From: Tubulanus polymorphus
Taxonomy: Eukaryota; Animalia; Nemertea
Assembly: GCF_964204645.1 (NCBI RefSeq)
Contig: NC_134035.1
Location: 5,394,001-5,458,000, forward strand
Reading direction: 5' to 3'
DNA: 64,000 nucleotides
The position numbers and the translations under genes were made by a program. The notes beneath the pieces are model-generated. The model was not told where the DNA came from. It was given only the letters and a program-made list of their open reading frames with translations, and did not search any database. Shown piece by piece: positions 37,970 through 49,752 of the stretch (positions within the stretch are counted from its first letter, which is position 1; each line of letters opens with the position of its first letter).

Positions 37970-39446
37970 CAGTCAGGAACACTTTCCAAAAACGGCTTAT
38001 TCTGCCAATTTCGGCGTTTTCCGCCAATAACGGCGGAATCAGCCATTTATGGATTACTCAGTTTTAAACTGCTTCTGCCAATTTAGCCGAAATCGGCGTT
38101 TTCTGCCATTTTTGGCTTGTTCTTAAAAAACGCCATTTCCGCTGTTTTCAGCTGTTACAGTTTTTAAAACTACATCGCCAGAAACGGCGTTTTAGCTTAG
38201 ATAGTTTTACAGGTGCTATTTATAGTGCTTAGTTCGATGGGAGTCCTTATTATGACATCATCGCTTTTCTGCTGGCATACATTTGTATATTTGCGCCGAA
38301 AAATGAATCTCATTGATCCATTCCAGGCTTCAAGAAAGAATTAAATATAAATGTACGGGTTTCCGATGGCAAATGTATTTGAATTCTGTTCTTTCTTTAT
38401 ACCTGTATTCTATGTAATAAATATATACATACATGTATCCCAAATAGTTTCGAAAATGTCTGTTTTATTTTGAAATGAATCTAGATACAGCTGTATTGAT
38501 TTTGAGTGTTGTAACGTCATCGGCCACCAATTCATTCAATCACTACCCATCACAAGTCCAATTAGCTGGGAGGCATCGAAGATGTTAATTACCTTCAATT
38601 AACCAACATCATATGCAGTCCAATATATCCCTCAACCATTCTATGCTTTATTAGGCAAGATAAGACCATGGGCAAAACTTAAAACTAGATTTTTGATACA
38701 CTAGTTTATACATCCATGATTGATTTGTCTTATGAGAACGATAATTATAATAATAATTTTATTTTTATTTTCAACATATAATATTTACACATCCGTTCAC
38801 CTCAGCAAATTAATTATTTTATTCCGAAAAAAAGTACCCTGTAGACACTAGGGAAAAAGTCTAAGCGGGTGGGGGAATCCTCATAAATAACAAGTGGACT
38901 GCCAATAATGGCTTAATAGTTTATGATTATAAAACTAGCTACGCCAAAAACGGCGGAATACGCCAGAAATGGCGAATGTTTTTATGTGTACCCATGGCAA
39001 CATTTAATTGAAAACTTTATAGTAGTTTTTAAAACTAGTTCCCAAATTTATTTTTAACAAAAATCATGATTAATAAACTTGTTTCATGCTGTAGTAGTTT
39101 TGAGAGTTTTCCCAGAGTTTTTGGGCTGCATATGACGTAATCATTTAGAAAAACGTGAATTTGACCACTTTACCTAGCTCAAAAATTTCCATCCTAGCGT
39201 CATATTAAAGCTTATCGTCTGCTCGAGATTATGACGTAATCGGCAACATGCGCTAATTTGACCGGAAGTGCGCAAAAAACTTTAAAGCAAAACTCGAAAC
39301 TTAGTGAGCTGAAAGTGGCTGATTAAGCCATAAACGACTGTAAAAGTTTCAAAACTGAGTGATCCATAAACGGCTGATTCTGCCGTTATTGGCGGAAAAC
39401 GCCGAAATTGGCAGAATAAGCCGTTTTTGGAAAGTGTTCCTGACTG
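37970..39446. mobile_element. Non-autonomous DNA transposon (about 1.48 kb) with roughly 100-bp TIRs and a 5-bp TSD
   Basis: Ends CAGTCAGGAACACTTTCCAAAAACGGCTTATTCTGCC and GGCAGAATAAGCCGTTTTTGGAAAGTGTTCCTGACTG, flanked by GTCAG at 37965-37969 and 39447-39451. No transposase ORF. Confidence 0.88.
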
Positions 39447-39734
39447 GTCAGTACTATCGAGTGTTGACTAGGTATAAAAATAGGCCTATGTATTATTTCC
39501 ACAGGGAAATCCCTTATTCACTAACAAGATCCGGCCTTAAAATACCCAGAGAATTTAAAATTAGCCACACAAACCACACGAAAACCGCACAAAAGTAAAA
39601 CCAAAGTCAAACTTTGCAATAAAATGGATTTTATTTTGAATTGAATATTAGGCCTTTCGCTTTTTAGAATTTGAATTACTGCTAATATTCAACTTCTCAA
39701 ACAATGACTTGAGCGTGAAATACTTGGCACGTAC

Positions 39735-40132
39735 CGCAGTTAGTTGACAAAACAGCACCAATTCCTCATAATAATCCTATGTTCTGTAGGAAGATTTTGA
39801 AAGAAAAATAAACAGCGTCGTGTGACACGTTGCCCGCAAAGTAGCTTATCACCGTCATCGTGCGCCACCTACAGCCGTATCCGCGTTTTATATACAGTCC
39901 AAGTCCGTGGTTTTATTTTCGAAAAAGTGTCACACATATTACTCGGAGTCATCCTTTGTTCGGCGTCACTGACGTGGAGCTGCGCGTAATGTTCGGATGG
40001 TTGATCACGCCTGTAAATATATCGTGTTACGGGTTTAATATCGGTGATTATTGTTACTCGTGCGGGATTCTATTCGTGATCAATGTCGTTATTTGTTACC
40101 GAGCTGTTTGTAATTACTCTCAGTATTTGAAA
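39735..40132. promoter_or_regulatory. Putative bidirectional promoter of the ZIP gene and the OB-fold/MYND gene
   Basis: Candidate ZIP 5'UTR exon donor near 39735 (- strand), TATATAAAA on the - strand near 39886-39894, inverted CRE half-sites cgtcactgacg at about 39964 and the ATG of the + gene at 40133. Confidence 0.5.
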
Positions 40133-43100
40133 ATGACGTCTACTCTCACTAAATCAGCTGTCAAGGTGCGTCAAACCCACAGGGACTTGTCACGACTGAT
40201 AATGGATGAGACCAATGATGGGGGTACCAGTATCCCTGCAACTGTATAATAAAATAACAAGGGTGGCAACAAATTTTCAATCTGACAATGACTTCTCCAC
40301 TTCAATCGACTGTAATTCCAAAAATTCTCAACCGATTCACATGAAATAAGCTTCAATACAACCTAGAAGACTTTCTGCTTCAAACGAGCCTACAACCACC
40401 ACTCTCCGACAATTATCTCACAACGAAATCACCTTTTTTTGACGAGAGATAGCTCAAAATGGAGGTGTACCGATTCTATGGTGGACAGCAAAATGGTCGT
40501 TTTTTTCAATTCAAACGATGATTTCTATGTGAGATCTTAGAGAAAACCCCAACAAACCATACATTTTTTAAAACTACGCGGTCATACCTGTACGCTTATC
40601 TCATTTATTTGTATAATCCACGCGATGGGTGAGCTCACAAGCTCAAAATCGAAAATGAGGACGAACACGGCGTTCAACTTGTCATCAACTGGGCGGCCAT
40701 TAATCACGTGATATCGTAGTAACGGGCTAAATATTTCACGCGCATTGATTGGCTTAGAGATTTCGAAAAACATTACAAAATTTATTAAAAGTTCTGTTAA
40801 TTAATAAAATATCCGTATTATGAAAATATAGTGCAACATTCGTCTGAGGGGTGGTATTATTAGCAAATATTTCCTTTTTTCAAGTCTACAGACGTAGACT
40901 TGTCGCGGTTCTATTATCATAGCCCGAACCTGCACGTCACGTGATTAATGGCCGCCAGCGCGATAGTGCGAGGTGACTTTTTCGTATATTTGTTCGATTT
41001 TGAGCTTGCGAGCTCACCCATCGCGTGGATTATACAAATAAATGAAATAAGCGTACAGGTATGACCGCGTAGTTTTAAAAAATGTATGGTTTGTTGGGGT
41101 TATCTCTAAGATTTCACATAGAAATCATCGTTTGAAGTGAAAAATACGACCATTTTGCTGTCCACTATAGAATCGGTACACCTCCAATTTGAGCTATCTC
41201 TCGTCAAAAAACGGTGATTTCGTTGTGAGATAATTGTCCTAGAGTGGTGGTTAAAGGCTCGTTGGAAGCAGAAAGTCTTCTAGGTTGTATTAAAGCTTAT
41301 TTCATGTGAATCGGTTGAGAATTTTTGGAATTACAGTCGATTGAAGTGGAGAAGTCATTGTCAGATTGAAAATTTGTTGCCACCCTTGTTTTTTATATTA
41401 TACAGGGATAGTGGACCTGGTCATTGATATTGGTTTTATTCATTCACTATCAATTGTGACAAGTCCCTGTGGTCAAACCCGACCGCCACGTTGTTACACG
41501 TGAATCCATCCACCAGCTCCATCATCGCATCATCCATCCATCATGCATATCAATTCAATATCATCTTGTTCTTGTGTCATCCACGATTGAGTGTACACTG
41601 ATACAGGGAGGTCGGGGTGCGCTTTAGGCGGGTGCGCTCTGTGATTGCGGAACTGACAAAGGTCGATTGGTGAACGGAAAAAATTGCCAGGATGGCAGGA
41701 AAAAATGGCCACAGAAAAAAAGGCCAAGGAAGATTAAATAGAAAACTATCATTTCATTAACATACACACAAAAGTAAGATGCATTGATATTTTGACATGT
41801 CACTTTTTAGATTTTTACACCAATTCCTGAATTAGTTTAGGTAAATTTAGGATGATCATATCTAACTTTGATGTTATCAGACACTGCTCAGTTTGTTATA
41901 TAAATTACAACACCATTTCAATTTACCTTTGATGATCTAAGACAGTCAGTGCCCTAAATGGCTTACGTTGATGTTATGAAATATTTATTTAGTTAATTAG
42001 AATTGTAAGTTCATCATATTTCTGAACGCATTATACCGATTTTAAATGTTTTAAGTCCCATAAAATGTAAATGATGTCATTTAATTGAAAAGTTAATGTT
42101 TTATTAACATTGTCAGTATTTCTCATGAATTTTCCTTGGCCAATTTTTCCTAGGCCAATTTTTCCTACAATCCCTGGGTATATCAGTTCCACTCTGAAAA
42201 GAAATGGTTCCAAGAAAAAAGGAGTGACGGAATGCCTTGGTGTTGGCTCGTACTGTTTCTTCATCATCTCATCCTACCCGCCCCAGTGCATTGACTATAA
42301 GTTAGTTTAGCTACCAGCAGGAGATTAGCACAACAGATGACAATAACAACAGCTCCTCTCCAGGAAGGATATAACTTGCCATGTGGGAGTCATTTTAGAG
42401 CAAATATTTGCTTGAAGTGACAGACATTTGTCCTGGCTTAAGAAACGATTGATGATATAATAATACGCCCCCGCACACACAAGGAAGTTCAGCTACCTCT
42501 AATTCACCTCAACCTGGCTGGTTTAATTTAATACAAAATAACGGCTCATACTGCTTGCCTTATAAGTGATCAAACTTTGTTTTAGTCCAATCGAGTCTAA
42601 AGTGTCTTGGCATTATGGAATCTTACATAAACAGTTAGGCCTTTAAACATACACTTGATAATAAATTTAACAAAGTGGTGATGGGTGCGAACAGTAAATT
42701 TGAATAATAAGTGTCGGATAAGAAGATTAATTTCACTTCAGTTTTGGAAAGTTCTTTTAACTAGTAAAACTGCAGTTAAATAATTCTAAGGCTGGAATTC
42801 ACTCAAAAACACTTTATTTCTGCTCGTAGAGATGAGAATAGAATTGGAGAATTGACTTTTAAAATCTTGATATAATGAATTATAGGAAATTAATTGATTA
42901 ATTACGTTTTTACTAAGTATACTCCTTTGACACTTAACAATATAAAGTCAATGATCAGTAAAGCCTCATTGGTGTTTTCTTCCTTTCAGCGTTTGTTACA
43001 GGGAGAAAAACTCAAAAATCCGACCGTTCAAGTCTTACAAAACCACGTTCCATTATACAACTGTGACAAGTCGAAAGAATGGGCGATTGAAATCTCGGAT

Positions 43101-46100
43101 GGAAAGAATTCTCATATAGGTAACGAGCAGTAGAGTACATGTACATGTAAATTGTACATGTATGATGATTTCGTTGAAGCCGTGAACTGGATTTTTTCCA
43201 TTTTTCAGCTCTAATCAATAGCGACTTGCGTAAACGATGGCGCAATGATCCATCAGTGAAATCGTTTATCATCGTCAAATTGAAACGTTACGATCAACTG
43301 ATGGTTGAATACTGTAGAGAGTAAGTTAATCATTATTATTATTGTTGCTTTTAATTGTTATCTTTATTAGCAATATTATCATTTTCATATCTAATTATCA
43401 TTAAGTTTATTTATTCCACAGGACAATCCCCCTATTAGGTACAGCCCCTAGGATTTGGGGTTGTTGTTCTTATTCATGTACCCATTTATTTGTGAAATTA
43501 TTCTAAAGAACTTACGTTTATAATGTTGTACATATCGTAAGTAAGTAAATTGATAATAAGTAATTGATAGACTGTCAGTGATGTTCAACAGTTTCATCGA
43601 ACAACTTGAAAAAACAAATTTTCTCTTGAAAAGTTGATGATCAATTATGATTGTTTGGTTCTTCAAAATTGACGGATACCGGTATGATAATACGTGAAAC
43701 TCATTGACTTACTCAAAGCTGGGATGAGCGATATGATGACAGCTCACAATAAATGAATTTAATTTACAAAAATTGAGAATTTAGGTATAAGGATGATTTG
43801 TCTGATTACAACTTCTGACGCAGTTTGACTTGTTTTATATGAAACTGCCCGAGTGGTCGTTCAGATTTACAGATGTAAGTCACAGGAAATTGAATTGTGT
43901 TTCTAATGTTTCTCTTGTAGGCGAATGCTAACTGTTCTCGATTACGAAATCATTGATTCGACTTTAACTTCGAAGTACGGAAATCCTGTTGGGTGTAAGC
44001 TCCGCTTTGTCTTAGCAGTTCAGGAGACAAAAGGTAAAGACGGAGTCTCCACTCGAGTTGGATCTTTGAAGACAGTAGAAATTTGACAACGTATTGCTAG
44101 CAGAGGCAAATTTTAACGAACTTGACACATCCCAAAAGGGCGCTTTGATTACCTAAAGGCAACATAAGATCACTTCTGCCTTGAGCTAATAAAACCGTCT
44201 GTTCTATCGTGATAGATTTTGTCACTTGAAACACGACCTCAAACCGTACACCCTCAGCAGTTCTATGTAGCAGGACCTGAACTTGTCACATCCCAAAAGG
44301 CACTATGAAGTGCACTCCTGCACTGAAATGCACCAATTTGTGGTTGCTGACAAAGTGAAAAAAGAACGCTCAACAATTTAATGGACTTGTACAAGTCTGA
44401 CAAGTCCCGCTGGCTTGCTGAGTAATTCTCTGAAGTTTAACAAATTTTTTCAGGTATAGATATTTGCACGCGCGATTGGTTCGGCTATGCTTGTACGTGC
44501 AATAATAATAACAATTTGCTGTTGCAAATTGAGCAAAAACTGAACATTAAACAAACAGGTTAGTACTGTAGTACCGATGTCACAGCAGTTTTGGCGCGAT
44601 GCAAGTGACTGTATGTCGAACATGGCTCCAAAACCGATTGCTTTATATTTATATGAATTTCAGAGAAGAAAGATCCTTCGAAAATGTCTCAAAAGTCATC
44701 GAAATGTGAATGTCATCATCACCAGGCTACGGCAGAGAAAAAACGAGCGGTTAAGAAACCGAAAAGTAAATCCGCATCAACGGAAGCAGTTACAGCGAAA
44801 TCGGTCGACAAGAAAAATGTCAAGCAAGGTTTGGGAAATCCAGAGAATAAATTGGACGTTAAGATATCTAAGAATCAAGTTGGCAAGGTTGTTGAAACCA
44901 AGCATGTCGCGTCAACGCAAACTTCATCAGCATTCAAGGTCAAAACTAAATCTACTGCGAGCTGGAAGCAGACGCCGTCTGGTAACCGACCGGCAGGCGG
45001 CAAAAAGGAAATTTTTACTTCGACGACGAAAAACGGCTTACGTAAAGAGCTTGTGGCCGATCAGGTGGAAGAGGTTACCGTCATCAATAGCGTCCTCGCT
45101 GAACGAAATCAACGAACTCCTCGTGCAGGCGGAAAAAACAACGTCGATATGGTCACCATAGCGACTCAAACAATGACGTCCGTTTCAATCGCGACGCAGA
45201 CTGAGTTTGATGATGATGATGATGACGAGTCATCGTCGTCTTCTGAGTAAGTATTAAGTGATCAACAGACGGATTAAGTTTGAATGTGATGGCCCTAGAA
45301 TTGTAATGTCACCTGATTTGGATTACTATTACCTAGTAGTTTCTACTCTTTAAGAGCTCAACTTCTACCAAAAATATTGAAATACTCTCAAATTAGTTCA
45401 TTTTTGATTATTAAACTACACTGTACTATTTTTGATGTAAAATGGAATTTGAAAGCGAGTACAAAACACAGAAGCAGCTCGTCTAGTTAGTAAAACCAGA
45501 AAATATACATCGATCACTCCTGTCCTTATGGAATTACATTGGTTACCTATTGAACAATGAATCAAGTACAAAGTGCTAATTTCGTCTTTCAGTGCATACA
45601 TCATTTGGCTCCTAATTATCTGTGTGATCTCATTCATATTCATGTCCCTTGCCGTCCTCTCCGTTCTTCTGCTTTTATATCTCATTGACAGTCTCTAGAT
45701 ACAAAAGAAAGTCTTTCGGTTCTCGGGCCTTTTCCATCCATGGCCCGACCCTGTGGTATCAGATTCTTGGAGACCTCCAGTCTATAACTTCTCTGGAGAT
45801 CTTCAAGAGGCAACTTAAAACATTTCCTCGCTTTTATGCGAAGCGTTCTGACCGGTTTTTATATAGTATTATTCTCAAATTATTCTGATTTTTTGATGAA
45901 AAGAGATGTGATGTATTAGGTAATGTGAGATGTGGTTATAGTTCTTGCAGGTAATTGATTCCAGATTCAAATTTTAAAGGGGAGATTTGTGTTGCGACGG
46001 TGCAGCTGGGATATAGCGAGAGCGTAAAAATCCTACATACTTCCTCATTAACTTATTTCAGGGACGACAGTGAAGATGCGATCTGTCGCAATAGTGATTG

Positions 46101-49100
46101 TAGAAACCCCTTCCTCGTCACAGATGAAGATGATATATATCTGTTTGAATGTATGAAGTGCGGATCAGATGGTTATTGTAAAATGTGTTTGGACGAGTGT
46201 ATAGTCTGTGGGTTTCTTCAATGCAAATCCTGTCTATTGCTGAATGAACCGTGTATGAATTGTGGCTACGGTGGGTAAGTTTCAGGCGAAAAACAAATAA
46301 ACGTTTACCGTCAAACTCGCTTAAGTCGTCGCATCACTTGAATTTAGAATTTGCGATTCGATTAACTAAGCCTATCATTTTGATTGAAAAGTCATCAACA
46401 GATCGACATATCTTAAACATTTTCAGCAGTATCTCAAAATCGATTAAATTCTATAACGAAAATGAATAGGTTTTCACGGTCAAATAACAGTACATCTTCT
46501 CAAATATAATATTGATTAGTGGCTGAAGCATGCTTTGAGGTGCTATACATGATGCTCAAAAGTTGGGTAAAAGTTTACGTGTTGATAACTGACGACGTTT
46601 GAATTAAAATGGCTTCAACAAGATAATTAACTGATAGCTCGTCTTTATGTTTATCTCACATTTCCCTCTGATTTATTATTTCACAGGTTTTATGAATTGA
46701 ACGAAACCTGCGACTCGTGTCAACATTATAAATTTTCCGTGCGACCGTGTCGTGTTTGTAAGACTCGTCGCGTCTGCCCTGATTGTACTCGACACTGCGG
46801 GAATTGCTTCCTGTTGACGTTTGCTTGTGTGAGATGTTTGATCGATTGCGGGACTTTATGCAGCAATCGTGATTGTGAATCTCGCATGTAAGTTGCTGAT
46901 TAATTGAACCTCTGCCTGCACATTGCACCCCTTCAGCCGTACAAACACCAGGGGCCAGTTGCTCAAAGGCTGGTTAAAGATAACCGACAGATAAATACCA
47001 TAGTAACAATGAACTTTTAATATTGTCACTATGTCGACTATCCACTGGTTAACTCTAACCAACTTTTGAGCAACTGGCCCCCAGACTTTAGACATTTTAT
47101 CAGCACACTTTCAAAAAATGATCATGCACGCTCCACATGTATTCAGAACTTCATCTGAAACATTTTCAATTGAAAATGAACTACAAACACTAGAAATTAG
47201 ACATTTTAACAGTGGGCTCTCAAAAACTGATCATCCACACTTCGCATGTGTTCAGAACTTCACCCGAGATATTTTCGATTGAAAATAAACTACGAACACC
47301 AGACTTATCGGCTCACTCTAAAAGACTAATTACCCAAATTACAGTTAATTGTTATGGTGGATGTCTAAATGCTGCAGATTGATACCTGTATCAACATCAA
47401 TGTAACCCGTTAAAGTTATAAGTATTGATTACTGATTCATCTATTTTCAGCGCTGATTGTGGTTGTACTAAGAATATGTGTACGATATCATGTGATTCGT
47501 GTCAGTCTGGTTATGTGTGTTTCATCTGTGCTGCTGATTGCGATATATGCAAGCGACACCATTGCGAGGATTGTGTTATGGATTTCGTGATCTGCGAACA
47601 TTGCGGTTTTCAGTAAGTATTCATCGTGTTGCCTGTTGCTGATATTCAGCTCTGCTGTGACCGAAGGTGGACTGTCGTCATCCATTCGTTCGTTCGTGCG
47701 TCTGTCAACTTTTTCTTCACATTGCTACTAAAATCCTACAGCTTTTATCAGATCAATTCCAAATTTGGTACGATTGTTCTGTTGACCAAGGCCTACAAAT
47801 TTTTACGGAGCCACTTTTATTCCACTAAACTGACCAGGCTATTGGGTTCACTTTTCGTCCGTTATCCATCTGTCCATCCATAAACGCTTCAATGGATTGT
47901 CTTGAAACCTGTATGTGGTTTACGCATGTATACCTTAGACACATCTTCTGTCCAAAAACTGAAGGATACCCAAAAAGTCTTCATTGAAAGGGGTTGAAAA
48001 GAGACTCCATAATTTGAAAGTTTAACAATATGTTTCGATGCCTACGTACCGAACTTCAGTTAGTAGGCATGGAAATCATGGAGTCTCTTTTCTCTAATGA
48101 ACCTCTTTCAATGCAAACTTTTTGGATATTCAAAATATCCATTCTTCAATACAGTGAATGGATTAAAAAACAATGTTTTTGGTCAATTGCCAGTCCTTTC
48201 TGGTCCTAATAAGACTCATCAGGTATGTAGTCTAGTACCTCACCGTCATTCTACAAACAACCGGTTGTAGGGAACCGGTAACAACGACTGGTATTCAGAC
48301 TAATCAGGTATGTACCACCAAAAATGACTGAGTTAGGCCACCTGATGTGCTCTCAAGTCAAGTTGAAATAGACATTAGTACTGGTACTGTATAAGACGTA
48401 TCAGGTAGTTCCATGGAATGAAATTATATCGGTGCGATATTATGAAATGCTACAGGCAAATGATAATACAGTGAATATGAAGCTGAAAGAAGATTAAAAT
48501 CCAATTCCATTTATGATTACAGAATGTGTGAAGCATGTGGGAACGAATACAATTATGAAAGTGAGGAGTCGTGTTGCTATTGTTTGAACAACAATTTTTC
48601 GGTGGCTTATTGCGATTTGGTAAACCGGAAGTGTTTCCACGGTGTTCGCGGCGGCGTTGAAAAATACAACGGACCGTACAAATCGCGCGCGCAGTTTAAA
48701 TACGAACTCAGCGCGGCGACGCGATCGTCTTGCGCGAAATGTAACAAACAGGTTTGTGTCGAGATTTTCAGTTGATCAGTTTTGGTACCTATGGTAAATT
48801 GGATTTTTTTCACAGTCTGAAAACTATGGAAATTTGTTTTTTTTTTTTCTCTATGGCTGTAAAAAATCAGAAAATGGTCTCAAAATAAAATCTTCCTTTT
48901 GTTTTGAATTTTAGGCTATATCTATGCCTAAATGTCTTATTGCATATTTGATAACAAACTTAATGAAAATGATTTGTCGATGGTATTGATAATTGGCACT
49001 TATTAACTTTGAATGGGCCTACATTGCCCGTTCTAGGTCGGCGATGTGTAACTTAGGGTTATGGAAAATTTATAGTCTTGGTATGGACAAGTATGAAAAT

Positions 49101-49752
49101 GAGATTTTCCAATTCATAAGAACTATGGTTGATGTAAAAAAAGATTTCAGGACTCTGGGGCCTGTTTCAAACACAGAGTTAGAATTTGTCTCATTAGAAA
49201 TTTGTCTCATTAGAATTAACCTGGAAATCGGGGAAATGTCAGGGAATTTTATTTTCCTTAAAAAAAAGTCAGGGAATTTTGTAAAAAAAGTTAAAAATCA
49301 GGGAGAATTCAGAGATATTTGTCAGGTAAGATTGCTAGATCAAAATCAAACAATTTCCATCTATGACTTCCATATTTGACTGTGTTGATTTATTGGATTG
49401 AAACAATGTGCATTTCAGGGAATAGTCAGGGAAAAAAGTAAGTCAGATAAAAGTGATCACCCTGGAATATATTTTGTTATTATTTTCTCGTCCATTTCAG
49501 CCTGGAATTGATCAACTGAAGCTGTGTTCGCGTTGTAAATCGGCGCCGTACTGCAGCCGGTCATGTCAACAGATGGATTGGAAGAAACATAAACAAATGT
49601 GTGGAGATTACATCCCGTTCGATCAACTGCCGTTCATTTCAGCTTGTCTCGAAGAATACTATGAACGAACTGAGAAAGATCGTAAAAAACTTTGCTACGA
49701 TGCAAAGAAAAATGAAACGCAAATTAAAACGAATGGTTTCGAATCAAAATAA
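40133..49752 (+). CDS. Uncharacterised protein of about 675 aa: RPA70N-like OB fold, basic linker with TQT motifs, Cys-rich CxxC modules and MYND zinc finger; 10 exons
   Basis: Exons 40133-40165, 42990-43119, 43209-43320, 43921-44033, 44664-45246, 46062-46274, 46687-46887, 47451-47612, 48523-48751 and 49501-49752 all have GT-AG ends with compatible phases. They total 2028 nt with no internal stop. The MYND finger CAKC...CSRC...YCSRSCQ..DW..HK..C is completed across the last intron. Confidence 0.78.
40178..41471. mobile_element. Foldback-type non-autonomous element (about 1.3 kb) with very long inverted arms and an 8-bp TSD
   Basis: Ends CACAGGGACTTGTCA and TGACAAGTCCCTGTG, with TSD GTCAAACC at 40170-40177 and 41472-41479. 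Positions 40256-40652 are a near-identical reverse complement of 40995-41390. Confidence 0.92.
45460..45830 (+). mobile_element. Decayed 3' fragment of an L2/CR1-group LINE ORF2
   Basis: Broken reading gives AARLVSKTRKYTSITPVLMELHWLPIEQ*IKYK and SFGSRAFSIHGPTLW...SLEIFKRQLKT, the typical L2/CR1-clade C-terminus, with a stop and frameshifts. Confidence 0.85.
46951..47081. mobile_element. PIF/Harbinger-like MITE
   Basis: TIRs ggggccagttgctcaaa and tttgagcaactggcccc. A degenerate second copy lies at about 60978-61100 in a NOSIP intron. Confidence 0.75.
47088..47305. repeat. Two tandem copies of a roughly 110-bp dispersed repeat
   Basis: ttagacatttt...tgatcat.cac...ttcagaacttca...ttgaaaat.aactac.aacac occurs twice, and a related piece lies at about 55725-55812. 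Confidence 0.7.

Noticed and set aside
39268-39274. MRE core TGCGCAC (- strand) near the ZIP promoter, plus scattered TGCRCNC matches
   Set aside because: A degenerate 7-mer expected by chance at roughly this frequency. It is not clustered and lies inside a transposon.
40133-44033. Canonical RPA1 or a Helitron-borne RPA gene
   Set aside because: Only the N-terminal OB-like domain is present. There are no DBD-A/B/C domains, no Rep/helicase ORF and no Helitron termini that I could see.
44577-45161. 194-aa basic ORF overlapping exon 5 of the novel gene
   Set aside because: It is an alternative frame. Only the 44684 frame fits the splice phases on both sides.
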